Shown here: positions 45,673 to 55,921 of the stretch, one piece after another | Layout: every line of letters begins with the position of its first letter | How positions within the stretch are numbered: position 1 is the first letter of the stretch | Origin: Patescibacteria group bacterium | Lineage (GTDB): Bacteria; Patescibacteriota; Minisyncoccia; Phycocordibacterales; PALSA-1337 | NCBI GenBank assembly: GCA_038065395.1 | Contig: JBBTRB010000004.1 | Span: 135,178 to 199,177 of the forward strand | Direction: 5' to 3' | DNA: 64,000 nt | Made by a program: the position numbers and the translations under genes | Notes under the pieces: model-generated | What the model saw: only the letters and a program-made list of their open reading frames with translations | Database searches by the model: none | What the model was told of the DNA's origin: nothing

Positions 45673-46140
45673 ATGATTGAACTTACAACAGGTATCGCAT
45701 TCTTGATGTCGTCTTTGTATGGAGCAGGAAATATAAACGCTCAGGCATACATTGTTCCGGCAGATGTTACACCAGAAGATGAGATAGTCACGGAAGTAAC
45801 GGATGGTTCATTTATAGATCCTAAAGAAGTTGAAGCATATCTTCGTAAGGAGTATGCCGATAACCCGATCCTCGTTGACATTGCTCGATGTGAATCCACT
45901 CTCCGTCAGTTCCATAAAGATGGTACGGTTGTCCGTGGACGTGTCGATAATGCCGATGTCGGTGTTATGCAGATCAACCTCAGATATCATGGCGAGACTG
46001 CAGAGAAGATGAATATCGACCTTATGACCCTCCAGGGTAATACAGAGTTCGGTCAGTATCTCTTTGACAAGTTCGGTACCAAGCCTTGGTCAGCATCAGA
46101 GAAGTGTTGGTCAATGTCTTCAGAACTTGCTCGCAAGTAA
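45673..46140 (+). CDS. Secreted protein with a transglycosylase-like (Rpf/SLT-like) domain
   Basis: ARCESTLRQF...ADVGVMQIN resembles the CES...G(L/V)MQIN transglycosylase-like signature. Confidence 0.5.
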   Translation: MIELTTGIAFLMSSLYGAGNINAQAYIVPADVTPEDEIVTEVTDGSFIDPKEVEAYLRKEYADNPILVDIARCESTLRQFHKDGTVVRGRVDNADVGVMQINLRYHGETAEKMNIDLMTLQGNTEFGQYLFDKFGTKPWSASEKCWSMSSELARK

Positions 46141-46559
46141 CATCTCCTTTTCTCGAACCAAAAAGCCTCTCGTATATCGGGAGACTTTTTGCGTATATAA
46201 AAAAGACCCACCTCCCCGAAAAAACTCAAAAATCGGGGGAGGGGCTGAAATCTAAGATTTTGAAAATTTTCCAGTATGTAAGACCAGTAGGGCAAGAATA
46301 TATTTTCCAGATCTTATCTGTTCAGATCCGTGCCTGACAGGGAGGAGGTGGAAAAATCTAGATTAGTCGATGCGATGGCTGTATTCGTTGAAAACAGATG
46401 ATGTCGCACAATATATCTTTTCGGTAGGTAGTCTATAAGTATAAGCATTGAACAATTAAACCATTTAACTATTCCGTTACGTAGGCTTAATTTCTAGTCC
46501 AGAAAATACGATAGTTGAGATCTGATGGTTAAATAGTTCAATGGTTGAATCGAGGATCT

Positions 46560-46844
46560 CTAGTTCCCTCCATTCACCGTTTTGTTCTTGAGAGCCTCTA
46601 TGGCAGGATTCCAGATAAGGTCGAGGAAGATCTCCTTCCAGACATACATGAAAGGCTTCTCTAGGTAGTTGTTCCAGATATCACTGACGAGTTGGAGTGC
46701 ATAGTGGAAGTTGTCCTGAGTGGTCGGTTCATCTGCAAGATCACGCAAGTTGAGTCCGAAGTAGCTGATGATCAGTAATGCAATCACGATAAGAATAATC
46801 GTACGGATAAAACCTCCCTGGGTGTGTTTTTTGAGAATAGTCAT
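46560..46844 (-). CDS. Small membrane protein (hypothetical)
   Basis: Single TM helix. 94 aa. Confidence 0.4.
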   Translation of the reverse strand: MTILKKHTQGGFIRTIILIVIALLIISYFGLNLRDLADEPTTQDNFHYALQLVSDIWNNYLEKPFMYVWKEIFLDLIWNPAIEALKNKTVNGGN

Positions 46845-46918
46845 ACTCTTATTTTACTCTAGAGTGGACGATAAGGTATCCCCAGAATCCTGAAATGTGC
46901 AGCAGGGGGGTCTCTCCC

Positions 46919-48217
46919 CTATTTTGAAAGATATGACAGGGGATTGAGGTAGGCTTTGAAGTCTGCCAGTGGTATGGGAACTCCTTTGCAATTGATGCTG
47001 GAATCGAATGCTTTGATCTGAACTCCTTCGGTTGCATATACTCCAAAGTGAAGATGCGGACCTGTCGAATATCCGGTGTTGCCACTGTATCCGATGATCT
47101 GACCGGTAACGACCTCTTCCCCTTTTTGTACGCTGTGAAGGGAAAGGTGGGCATAGAGAGTCGAGAGGCCGTTGGGGTGTTTTATCATGATCCATTTGCC
47201 ATATGACTGACAGGTGGCAACTGCATCGGTATTCCCTACGCCGACCACGGTGCCGGACAAAGAGGCTCGGATAGGTGTACCGATGGATGCGCGTAGGTCG
47301 ATGCCGGTATGTCCGAAGCCTTTGTATATCTGGGCATTGGCAGTGGCAAAGTCGGTATTACCGAAGTACTGAGTGACGTATACGTTATCGACTGGCCAGA
47401 GCAATACACCAGAGCCTGTGCCGGGCAGCTTGGCGGCATCGACCGCAAGACGTAGTTGGGATTCATAATTGAGAATCTCTTTTTCGAACGCATCTTTCAA
47501 GGCCTTCCTCTGAGCAAGGAGTCGTTGATATTCGGTTTCGGACTGTTTGGTGGTCTTGAGAAGTGTGCTCTTCTCGGCAGAAGTCGCAAGGACAACTTTG
47601 CGTTGATCTTTGAGTTGGTCATTGAGTTCGATAAGCTCAGCCTTGGCCTTCTCGGTAGACTTTTTGCTCACCTCGAGATCGACTTTGACTTGTTCCAGTT
47701 CACGGATACGATCTACGAGGTTCTTCTGGAGCAAGGCGAGTTGCTCGGTCGTCTCCCACATCTTGGAGAGTGAGGCGGTTGCAAGCAGGAGCTCGGGCAG
47801 AGAATTATCACCGAACTTATTCATAGTTACCAGAGAGCTGCTGATAATGCGTCTGTCGTCCACGATCGTGTTCTCTTTGCTCCTGATTTCGGTCGAGAGA
47901 CCTTGTATCTCGGAGTTCTTGGCGGCGATCTTCTTTTCGGTAAGTGAGATGTCGGCGGCGAGTTTCTTTTGCGTTAGGTCGAGAGATTTGATCGTTGCAG
48001 ATAGCGTACTGGCCTGCCCGGCGAAGATATCGATCTGTTTTTGGAATTCAGCGATTTCCTTCTCCAGGTTTTTGATATCTTGGGTGCGCTGGTCAATTTT
48101 GCCCTGCAATTCATCGGCTGACTGAGCATTGACGACCATTGATACGGCAAAACATGACACTAGAGTCATGCAGAGTACGAGACCGATATGTGTACGTTGC
48201 CGTGATGAGAACATCAT
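46919..48217 (-). CDS. M23 family peptidoglycan DD-metalloendopeptidase with N-terminal coiled coil (EnvC-like)
   Basis: GIDLRASIGTPIRASLSGTVV and HLHFGVY (HxH) M23 motifs. Long coiled-coil N-terminal half. Confidence 0.8.
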   Translation of the reverse strand: MMFSSRQRTHIGLVLCMTLVSCFAVSMVVNAQSADELQGKIDQRTQDIKNLEKEIAEFQKQIDIFAGQASTLSATIKSLDLTQKKLAADISLTEKKIAAKNSEIQGLSTEIRSKENTIVDDRRIISSSLVTMNKFGDNSLPELLLATASLSKMWETTEQLALLQKNLVDRIRELEQVKVDLEVSKKSTEKAKAELIELNDQLKDQRKVVLATSAEKSTLLKTTKQSETEYQRLLAQRKALKDAFEKEILNYESQLRLAVDAAKLPGTGSGVLLWPVDNVYVTQYFGNTDFATANAQIYKGFGHTGIDLRASIGTPIRASLSGTVVGVGNTDAVATCQSYGKWIMIKHPNGLSTLYAHLSLHSVQKGEEVVTGQIIGYSGNTGYSTGPHLHFGVYATEGVQIKAFDSSINCKGVPIPLADFKAYLNPLSYLSK

Positions 48218-48225
48218 CGTAAGGG

Positions 48226-49608
48226 TTAGGAGAGCTTGGCGATGGCTTGTTCGATGCGGGAGAGAGTCTCTGTCTTGCCGATAGCGGAAGCTGATACGAA
48301 TGGGTCAGGGGACTTTTCTTTGCCGGTAACTGCTACGCGCAGTGGCCAGAGAACGTCCCCCTTCCCTTTTTCTTCGGCATACGACCAGAGTGCCGTCTTG
48401 ATACTATCTGGAGTGAACGTTTCGTCGGACAAAGCTGCAAGCAATCCTCGTACCTGGGCCAAGTGTGTCTGCGATGCGACCGGATCAGGATTTTTCTTCC
48501 AAAGCAGAAGGTCTCTCGGATAGTCAGGCAGAGATCGGACGAAGCTGAGCTCGTCTGCAATAGTACCGCCCGAATCCGCACCGAACAATAGTGGAATATC
48601 AGAAAAAGTAGTTATCTTGTCTCGAAGAAGAGGTATGAGTCTTTTGAATACCGTCGTTTCCGGTTTTATCCAATCTGGGAGGAACGACTTTGCATGCGTA
48701 GCAAAATCCTCATCAGAGAGTTTCTTGATGTATTCTTTGTTGAACCAGTTGAGCTTCTCAATATTGAACACGGCGCCGCTTTTGTTGATCTTGGAAATAT
48801 CGAATGCAGGGATGAGATCTTGTAGAGAAAATATCTCTTGCTCGGTGCCTGGATTCCAGCCCAGAAGCGCCAAGAAGTTGAGGACTGCTTCGGGAAGGTA
48901 TCCTTTGTCACGGTATTCGGTCACTGCCACGGCACCATGTCTGCCAGAGAGTTTGGACTTGTCAGGTGCGAGGATCAGTGGTACATGAGCATAGAGAGGA
49001 CGTGTAGCCCCTATCCCCTCTTGGATCAGGATCTGACGTGGCGTGTTGGATATACCATCTTCGCCACGGATGATATGGGTAACCTTCATCTCATGGTCAT
49101 CGACGACGACAGTGAGGTGATAGAGAGGTTCGTCGACAGATCGGGCGATGACGAAGTCTCCAAGGTCAGTAGTATCGAAAGTGATGTCTCCGCGGATAAG
49201 GTCAATGAAGGTGATCTTTTTGTTGGGATTTTTGAAGCGGATCACTTCGGCACGTCTCGATATTTCTTTTGAATCTTGCTTGTTGTTCCCGGTCTCCTCC
49301 CTCTCATCCTCCTTGGAAACGTATGCAAAACCCCCGTCGAGCAACTTCTGAATATACGTCTTGTAGAGTTCTGTTCTCTCTGACTGTCGGAACGGGCCAC
49401 TGTCATATGTTATGCCAAGCCACGCCAAAGACTCGATGATGTTGGCTTCGTACTCGGGTTTGGAGCGCTCTTTGTCGGTATCTTCTATGCGGAATACCAT
49501 AGTACCACCAGCCTTCTTGGCAAAGAGATAGTTGAAAAGGGCCGTACGTGCACGACCGACATGGAGATATCCAGTAGGACTTGGGGGAAATCGGGTAATT
49601 ACAGACAT
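48226..49608 (-). CDS. gltX: Glutamyl-tRNA synthetase
   Basis: VITRFPPSPTGYLHVGRARTALFNYLFAKK. Class I core. Confidence 0.85.
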   Translation of the reverse strand: MSVITRFPPSPTGYLHVGRARTALFNYLFAKKAGGTMVFRIEDTDKERSKPEYEANIIESLAWLGITYDSGPFRQSERTELYKTYIQKLLDGGFAYVSKEDEREETGNNKQDSKEISRRAEVIRFKNPNKKITFIDLIRGDITFDTTDLGDFVIARSVDEPLYHLTVVVDDHEMKVTHIIRGEDGISNTPRQILIQEGIGATRPLYAHVPLILAPDKSKLSGRHGAVAVTEYRDKGYLPEAVLNFLALLGWNPGTEQEIFSLQDLIPAFDISKINKSGAVFNIEKLNWFNKEYIKKLSDEDFATHAKSFLPDWIKPETTVFKRLIPLLRDKITTFSDIPLLFGADSGGTIADELSFVRSLPDYPRDLLLWKKNPDPVASQTHLAQVRGLLAALSDETFTPDSIKTALWSYAEEKGKGDVLWPLRVAVTGKEKSPDPFVSASAIGKTETLSRIEQAIAKLS

Positions 49609-49765
49609 GGAGGCTATTATAGCAGAAAATGCGAACAGCATTTATTTTATTGTAAGTCATTGACAATTACTCATAAGTATGCGATACTTAAATTAGTTAA
49701 AACTAACCTTTACAACGTCCATTACACCCTTCGGGTAGGTTGGGACATGCACAATTGAAACAGGT

Positions 49766-50134
49766 ATGAAGCTTAAACAAATACTGATTACAGTTGCCGT
49801 TATAATATTTTCAATGGCCATAACTGCTGGGGTAATGCTTGGGGTGAAGGTTTATTCCAGATCTCCACAAGAAAAGGCACTGGCGATGGTCGAAAGTATC
49901 GTAAAAGAACTTCAGGCCACCCAAAAGGGTGACTTGATTGAGCTCAAGAGTGGCAATGTTTATGCAATCATTAGCTGCGGGTCGACCATCGGGACTTTCC
50001 ATACAGGCAAAGAGTCTTATGTTTCCTTTGAACTCAGGGAATTCACTCGATGGGTTAAACGAGTTGTGCCAAGCACCTGTACGGCCGAGTACTCCGCACT
50101 ATCGAAAAAGTTTATTACCCAAGTCGTCAAGTAA
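49766..50134 (+). CDS. Hypothetical membrane-anchored protein
   Basis: N-terminal TM helix. No motif. Confidence 0.45.
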   Translation: MKLKQILITVAVIIFSMAITAGVMLGVKVYSRSPQEKALAMVESIVKELQATQKGDLIELKSGNVYAIISCGSTIGTFHTGKESYVSFELREFTRWVKRVVPSTCTAEYSALSKKFITQVVK

Positions 50135-50155
50135 CTTGAGGCACCAGCCTCTCAA

Positions 50156-50186
50156 GTCACAACCTAACCAGTTGTGACTTTTTTAT
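50156..50186 (+). terminator. Rho-independent terminator (gtcacaac...gttgtgac + T6)
   Basis: Read directly, 22 nt after the 49766..50134 stop. Confidence 0.75.
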
Positions 50187-50188
50187 AC

Positions 50189-50219
50189 AGAAAAACGCAC
50201 CGTAGCGATGCGTTTTTCT
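50189..50219 (-). terminator. Rho-independent terminator for the convergent minus-strand gene (aaaaacgca...tgcgttttt)
   Basis: Read directly. Confidence 0.7.
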
Positions 50220-50263
50220 AGTTACTTTTTACCAGTCACTATTTTCTCGTTCTCTTGCGATTC

Positions 50264-50764
50264 TTATCCCTTGATCTCGTTGCCTACAGAAGCGAGTGCG
50301 CGGAAGATCTTCATGATGATGTTGCCGTTGGCGTCCTTGAGAGGAACGTCCTTGGTGGCACTGAAGACTTTGTCGCCATCGTCTGAGTGGAGCATAGCGT
50401 AGTATGTTCCGCCTTCGACAGTGGCAGTTGTCAGAGTGACACGGCCTGGGTTGATACCCTTGTCAAAATAGGTCTGACCGATAATAGCTCCTGGTTGACC
50501 AGCATTGTCTGCATGTATAACAACCCATCCACCCTTCTCGAACTGAACAGAAGAGAGATATACGAGGTTGCCTGGATACTGATCTGACATAACAACACGA
50601 TTGACACCAGCAGTAGCTGTTGTGGTGGTAGGAGTTGTAGTCGTATCTGTGGTATCCGTACCTTTGTCTTTGCTAAAAACCATGATCCCGATGACGATAA
50701 GTACGATGATCACGATGACTGTGACCACCCATTGCCATGCTTTTACACCAGTTGAAGGTTCCAT
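50264..50764 (-). CDS. Hypothetical membrane-anchored protein with a Thr/Asp-rich linker
   Basis: N-terminal TM, TDTTDTTTTPTTTT linker, globular C-terminus. Confidence 0.5.
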   Translation of the reverse strand: MEPSTGVKAWQWVVTVIVIIVLIVIGIMVFSKDKGTDTTDTTTTPTTTTATAGVNRVVMSDQYPGNLVYLSSVQFEKGGWVVIHADNAGQPGAIIGQTYFDKGINPGRVTLTTATVEGGTYYAMLHSDDGDKVFSATKDVPLKDANGNIIMKIFRALASVGNEIKG

Positions 50765-50831
50765 ATAGGTAAATATGTTACTTAAATACTACTAAATTCG
50801 ACTTTTTATATTAGACCTCTATTATATCATA

Positions 50832-51968
50832 CTATTTCTCATGTTCCAGTGCTGTGTCCAGGAGTGCGTCCGCTATCAAGGCACTGCTGTCGATACGGGC
50901 AAAGGCCTTGGCTTGCTCGCGCATGGTCTTTTGGAGGACTTCATTGTCATGGATACGGTCGATCTCTCCTATGATGATATGAGCACTGAGGTTGTTTTCC
51001 TGGACAATACTGGCTGCACCGGTACGAGCATAGGAGAAGGCGTTGTCGGTCTGGTCATGACTGACTGAATGTGGCAAAGGAATGATGATGGACGGTACTC
51101 CCCAGGCGGCGATCTCGAATAGTGTCGAGCCTGCACGAGAGACGATCACGAGCGCTACACCGGCTGCCATGCGAAGGTTGAGGTCATTGAGATAATCCAT
51201 CGGATGATAGCGATATGAGTACGGATGATCTTTGAGGAGTACAGCGCTGGTCGCTTGGATCTCTTCGAGATTGGCTCGGCCAGTCTGGTGGATGACCTGG
51301 TAGCGGTTGAGAAGCTCAGGCAATGCCTGGAGGATCACATCGTTGATGGTCTGTGAGCCTTGTGATCCACCGAGGATGACTACAACAGGTGTATGTTGTT
51401 CGAGCTTGAGGATCTCGAGTGCCCCATTGGACAATGCGGGGATGATGTCAGATCTTACTGGGTTGCCTGTATGGGCGATCTTGTCAGGAGAGGTCTTGGT
51501 AAAGTATTTTGCCGCATCTGGGTACGAGATGGCGATCTTACGAGCAAACTTCGAGGCCCAGAGGTTGACTCTGCCAGGTCGGGAGTCTGACTCATGGATG
51601 ATCACTGGTATACGGAGGATGCGAGCAGCCAAGAGTGGAGGGAAACTAGCATAGCCACCTTTGCCAAAGACAATATCAGGATACAAAGAGTACATCTTGA
51701 TCACTGCCATGATACAGCCCACAAAAGTCTTGAAAAGGTCGGTGACATTGAGCAGTGAGAAATATCGACGGATCTTGCCTGCCGGGACCGCGATAAACTC
51801 GATGTCGTTCTCGAAAAGTGCTCGAGGGTTGTACTTGCTCGGCGCCATATAGTGGAGCGTAGGAGCGAGGATCCTGCGTTCTTTGGCGCGGGTATGGACA
51901 GCCTGAGCGACTGCGATGATCGGGTAAAAGTGTCCCCCCGAACCGCCACCCGTAAAGAGGATTTTCAT
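50832..51968 (-). CDS. murG: Undecaprenyldiphospho-muramoylpentapeptide beta-N-acetylglucosaminyltransferase MurG
   Basis: MKILFTGGGSGGHFYP N-terminus. GT28 layout. Confidence 0.9.
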   Translation of the reverse strand: MKILFTGGGSGGHFYPIIAVAQAVHTRAKERRILAPTLHYMAPSKYNPRALFENDIEFIAVPAGKIRRYFSLLNVTDLFKTFVGCIMAVIKMYSLYPDIVFGKGGYASFPPLLAARILRIPVIIHESDSRPGRVNLWASKFARKIAISYPDAAKYFTKTSPDKIAHTGNPVRSDIIPALSNGALEILKLEQHTPVVVILGGSQGSQTINDVILQALPELLNRYQVIHQTGRANLEEIQATSAVLLKDHPYSYRYHPMDYLNDLNLRMAAGVALVIVSRAGSTLFEIAAWGVPSIIIPLPHSVSHDQTDNAFSYARTGAASIVQENNLSAHIIIGEIDRIHDNEVLQKTMREQAKAFARIDSSALIADALLDTALEHEK

Positions 51969-52019
51969 AGTGAGTCCATTTTACACTGATAAAGACAAAT
52001 AAAAAAGCCCTGATACGGA

Positions 52020-53123
52020 TCAACTCTTCTTCCCATACTTCGAAATATTCGCAACGATACCGGTGGCCATAAGGGCGATGATGAGAGCGGTTCCCCCGTG
52101 ACTGACAAAAAGGAGTGGCACGCCAAAGAGCGGTACGAGACCGAGCATGGCAGCCATGTTGAGGAAGGATTCGGTGGTGATGAGTACGGCGATACCGATA
52201 GCCACCAATGATCCGAAAATATCTGGCGCATGGATACCGATACGGAAGATGCTGGCCGCAAGCAGTACATAGAGAGAGAGGAGCAATATACTGCCGATAA
52301 AACCGAATTCTTCGGCCGCGACCGCAAAGATAGAGTCACCGATCGGCTCGGGCAGATAGCCGAACTTCTGAACACTCTGACCGAAGCCCTTCCCTGCGAA
52401 GCCTCCCGAACCAATAGCGATCAGTGACTGGTTGATCTGGTATCCGGCACCTTGTACATCTGCTCCTCGGTTGAAGAATACTTGAACACGCTTGTAGGCG
52501 TAAGGTCTGACATAGATGACTCCGACGACGAGTACAGCCATGAGTCCTAGTGCGATCGCGATGTGTCGGAGTGGTAGCCCTGCAATGATCAGCATGACAA
52601 TACCCGTGAACCCGATGATCACGAGAGTGTCAGTGTCAGACTGGACCAAGAGGAGGGTGCTCAATACTGCCATGATCGCAAGGTATGGTACAAGTCCGTG
52701 TTTGAATGTCTTGATCTTGTCTTTGGCAAAGCGTACCCAAGCCGCAAGATAGATGATAAAAGCGATCTTGAGGAATTCTGATGGTTGGAAAGAGATGAAC
52801 CCAAGGTCGATCCATCGAGATGCACCACCGTGATGGAGCGCCAAACTCGGGATGAATATCAGTAAGTTTATGGCGATAGCACCGAGTAGGATAAAGAAGG
52901 CTGTGGTATGGAAATACTGGTACTTGATGCGTGAGAGGCAGAAAAATGCCACGATGCCGATACATAGACTCACCGATTGTTTGAGAGCGATCGCAGTGAA
53001 GTTGGATTCGGTATCGATCAGGAGTCCCAATGATGCAGAAAGGAATATTACAAATCCAGACAGTGTCAATGTGGCGAGCGTGATCAGGAAAAAGCGATCT
53101 ATGTGGAGACGGTGAGCATGCAT
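52020..53123 (-). CDS. ftsW: SEDS-family peptidoglycan glycosyltransferase (FtsW/RodA). FtsW by context with murG
   Basis: 10-TM SEDS protein immediately upstream of murG. Confidence 0.75.
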   Translation of the reverse strand: MHAHRLHIDRFFLITLATLTLSGFVIFLSASLGLLIDTESNFTAIALKQSVSLCIGIVAFFCLSRIKYQYFHTTAFFILLGAIAINLLIFIPSLALHHGGASRWIDLGFISFQPSEFLKIAFIIYLAAWVRFAKDKIKTFKHGLVPYLAIMAVLSTLLLVQSDTDTLVIIGFTGIVMLIIAGLPLRHIAIALGLMAVLVVGVIYVRPYAYKRVQVFFNRGADVQGAGYQINQSLIAIGSGGFAGKGFGQSVQKFGYLPEPIGDSIFAVAAEEFGFIGSILLLSLYVLLAASIFRIGIHAPDIFGSLVAIGIAVLITTESFLNMAAMLGLVPLFGVPLLFVSHGGTALIIALMATGIVANISKYGKKS

Positions 53124-53710
53124 CAGTCTATTGTAGCATCTGGAGACTGACTTGGAGGGAGGGGTGTTGCTGTGGATTGTTTGAAAGCTTCTATATCCTT
53201 CCTGACAGTGTCGTATTCGGGAAGTTCGGCAATAGAAGAAAGGCCGAGATGCGACAGAAGCTCGATGCTCGACCGGTACATGTAGCTACGTGCATCGGTA
53301 GGATTTTCGATACGTTCGACCAGTCCTCGAACAAGGAGGTTACGGATGATGAACTGCGAGTTGACCCCACGGATATAGTCGATATCAGCACGAGAGATCG
53401 GACCTTGGTATAGGATAATTGAGAGAGTTTCTAGTCCTGCTTTACCGAGGTCTCGGACGAGTTCCTCTTTTGTAAGTTGTTCGATCAGAGAACTGAATTC
53501 CTTTGCAGTACCAAGAGTTACTTCTGTGTCGGTTTGTACCAGTGTAATACCTCTATTTTGAAGGCTACTGACAAGAGTTTCTATACCCTTCCGGATCGAA
53601 GGTTCATCTGTAGAAAGGAGAGCCGAGAGCTTCTTGATCGTGACTGGTTCGGCTTTCCAAAAAAGGATGGCCTCGATCTGTTGAGGGAGATTCATGTCTA
53701 CAGTATACAC
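53123..53710 (-). CDS. scpB: Segregation and condensation protein B
   Basis: QQIEAILFWKAEPVTIKKLSALL and winged-helix pair. Adjacent to scpA. Confidence 0.8.
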   Translation of the reverse strand: MYTVDMNLPQQIEAILFWKAEPVTIKKLSALLSTDEPSIRKGIETLVSSLQNRGITLVQTDTEVTLGTAKEFSSLIEQLTKEELVRDLGKAGLETLSIILYQGPISRADIDYIRGVNSQFIIRNLLVRGLVERIENPTDARSYMYRSSIELLSHLGLSSIAELPEYDTVRKDIEAFKQSTATPLPPSQSPDATID

Positions 53711-53721
53711 AATCCTTTAGA

Positions 53722-53838
53722 GCGTATCCACGATCTCCATATGGCAGGCTTATTCAAGCGAAAACTCGAGGCATATCGAGTATATGGTGAGAGTTTGAGC
53801 GCAGAGAATAACGAAGCGGATGGAGATTGTGGACTAGC
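53722..53838 (-). repeat. ~120-bp dispersed repeat, copy B (inverted relative to copy A at 22242..22367)
   Basis: Manual alignment, ~85% identity. Both copies contain a conserved 33-codon ORF (MAGLFKRKLEAYRVYGESLSAENNEADGDCGLA versus MRGIFKRKLEPYRVYGESLSAENNEAGEDPGLA). Confidence 0.7.
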
Positions 53839-53840
53839 TT

Positions 53841-54059
53841 TTATGCAATCTGAAGCTGATTTTCGGTGCGTGATATCCTATGTTCGTGGTCTGGGAGTTC
53901 GACGTCATGGTGCTTGAGGAGCAAGTCGATTTTCTTGAATTCTAGACGAGTTTCTGCTCTGAATTCAGCAAGGTCTCGTGCGGATTCTTTGAAGCCCTTG
54001 TTAACCATAAGTGCAAGGTCATCTAATGTAATAGGATTTTGATTGGATGAAGTATTCAT
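53841..54059 (-). CDS. Hypothetical small protein (72 aa)
   Basis: ORF only. Confidence 0.35.
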   Translation of the reverse strand: MNTSSNQNPITLDDLALMVNKGFKESARDLAEFRAETRLEFKKIDLLLKHHDVELPDHEHRISRTENQLQIA

Positions 54060-54162
54060 GAGTATATATTGTTAGAGAATAAAATGGCAGGTGTTAGATA
54101 ATTATAATTGACACATATTCCTCGTCCAGATCACAGTTAATCAAAAGTATAGTGTAATAATG

Positions 54163-54885
54163 CTAGTAGCGAGGCACTCCCACCTCTTTGGTCTCCATAT
54201 GGATATCGTCGAAATGTTTTTCCTGGCTGACGTGGACGATCCCCTCTTTGACGAGTTCGAGCATAGCGAGAAAGGAGACGATGATGTTGACTCTCTCGTG
54301 GCGATGTTCCTTGGTGAATTCTTTGAAGCTCATACGCAAGTGACTGGTGATGCGGCTGGTCAGGGTGTCGACCATCTCTTCGAGACTGATCACTTTGCTC
54401 ACCAAGACCTTGGGTAGCATCTCTTTTTTTGGGAGTTTGTTGATCAGGTCTTTGATCAGGAAAAGTGCTTTTTCGAGAGTAAAGTCCGGTTCTGGGGCAA
54501 ATACGGGTGTTACCGGACGAGTGTTTGACTGTGGGAAAATCACTTGAGAGCCGAACAGTGTTGATACATGGACACTCGCCTCTTTGATCCTTTTGTACAT
54601 CTTGAGGCGAGTTTCGAGATTGACGATGTCACCCTTTTCTTCTTCGGTGAGACTCAGTGTCGGCAGGAGAGACTTGGACTTGATCAGGAGGAGAGTGGAT
54701 GCGATCAGGATAAAATGTGCCGACTCCCCCATCGGCATATGTTCGAACTGTCGAATATGCTCGATGAAATCATCGGTGACTTTGGCCAATGAAACGTCAT
54801 TGATAAAAAGTTTGCGCTTCTCAATGAGATCGAGTAGAAGGTCGAGCGGCCCTTCGAATGAAGTGGTTTTTATGGTGAAGGTCAT
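54163..54885 (-). CDS. scpA: Segregation and condensation protein A
   Basis: TSFEGPLDLLLDLIEKRKL N-terminus. Confidence 0.85.
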   Translation of the reverse strand: MTFTIKTTSFEGPLDLLLDLIEKRKLFINDVSLAKVTDDFIEHIRQFEHMPMGESAHFILIASTLLLIKSKSLLPTLSLTEEEKGDIVNLETRLKMYKRIKEASVHVSTLFGSQVIFPQSNTRPVTPVFAPEPDFTLEKALFLIKDLINKLPKKEMLPKVLVSKVISLEEMVDTLTSRITSHLRMSFKEFTKEHRHERVNIIVSFLAMLELVKEGIVHVSQEKHFDDIHMETKEVGVPRY

Positions 54886-55835
54886 AGTACCCCGATCGCC
54901 TTCTTAACTTGTATGAGTTTGGCTTGAGCGCGTTCGTTGGCTTTGACAGCACCTTGTGCGAGGACACGTTCGACCAGACCACTCTCTTTGGCAAGCTCGG
55001 CACGTTTTTCCCGGAGAGGCGCGACAAATGCATCGATGTCTTCGATCAAAGTTTCTTTGAGGATTTTGTACTTGCCCTTGTTGGTCTCGTAGAGAGGTTT
55101 GAGATCGGCTTCAGACTTGAAGAGTTTGTGGATCGAATAGACATTGGTCGGGATATCAGAACCTGAGTCGGTGACAATGCCCATCACGGCTTTCTCGATC
55201 TCTTCTCGCGAAGCAAAAAGCGGAATGGTGTTATTGTAACTCTTGGACATCTTGCGGCCGTCTGTGCCAGGGACAGTGGCAAGTGTTTCTAAAATGACTG
55301 GTTCAGGTAACTTGAAGACTTCTCCAAAAGTGTTGTTGAATTTCTGTGCGATATCACGAGCGTATTCGATGTGCTGCTTCTGGTCTTGTCCAACAGGAAC
55401 AGTGTCAGTGTTGTACAGGAGAATATCTGCAGCCATCAAAACAGGATAATTGAACGTGCCAACATTGATCTCTTTGCTCTTTGCCTCGGCGTCTTTGAAA
55501 GCGTGGGCGCGCTCGAGATACGGAACGGTTACAAGTGTGTCGAAAATCCAAGTCAGCTCCGTGTGTGCAGAGATGTCGGATTGTTTGAAAATGGTGACTT
55601 TCTGAGGATCGAGACCAAGTGCCAAATAATCAAGTGCGAGTTCGTAGGTTACTTCTCTCATCGTTTTTGCATCTTGAATGAGGTTGAGAGCATGATAGTC
55701 AGCAATCATAATAAAACATTCGAAAGAATCGACGAGTGCTGAATGATCTACGAACTGTTTCATCGCCCCAAAATAGTTGCCGATATGTGCGCGGCCAGTA
55801 GGTTTGACCCCTGAGAGAAGTATCTTTTTGGACAT
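54882..55835 (-). CDS. trpS: Tryptophanyl-tRNA synthetase
   Basis: LSGVKPTGRAHIGNYFGA (HIGH-like) and KMSKS. Confidence 0.9.
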   Translation of the reverse strand: MSKKILLSGVKPTGRAHIGNYFGAMKQFVDHSALVDSFECFIMIADYHALNLIQDAKTMREVTYELALDYLALGLDPQKVTIFKQSDISAHTELTWIFDTLVTVPYLERAHAFKDAEAKSKEINVGTFNYPVLMAADILLYNTDTVPVGQDQKQHIEYARDIAQKFNNTFGEVFKLPEPVILETLATVPGTDGRKMSKSYNNTIPLFASREEIEKAVMGIVTDSGSDIPTNVYSIHKLFKSEADLKPLYETNKGKYKILKETLIEDIDAFVAPLREKRAELAKESGLVERVLAQGAVKANERAQAKLIQVKKAIGVL

Positions 55836-55921
55836 AATGGATCAATAGTATCAAAAAAAGAGATAAAAAACACCCCGACCAGGAATGGCGGGGTGAGTAG
55901 GAGGAGTCAAAATGTGCCAAC

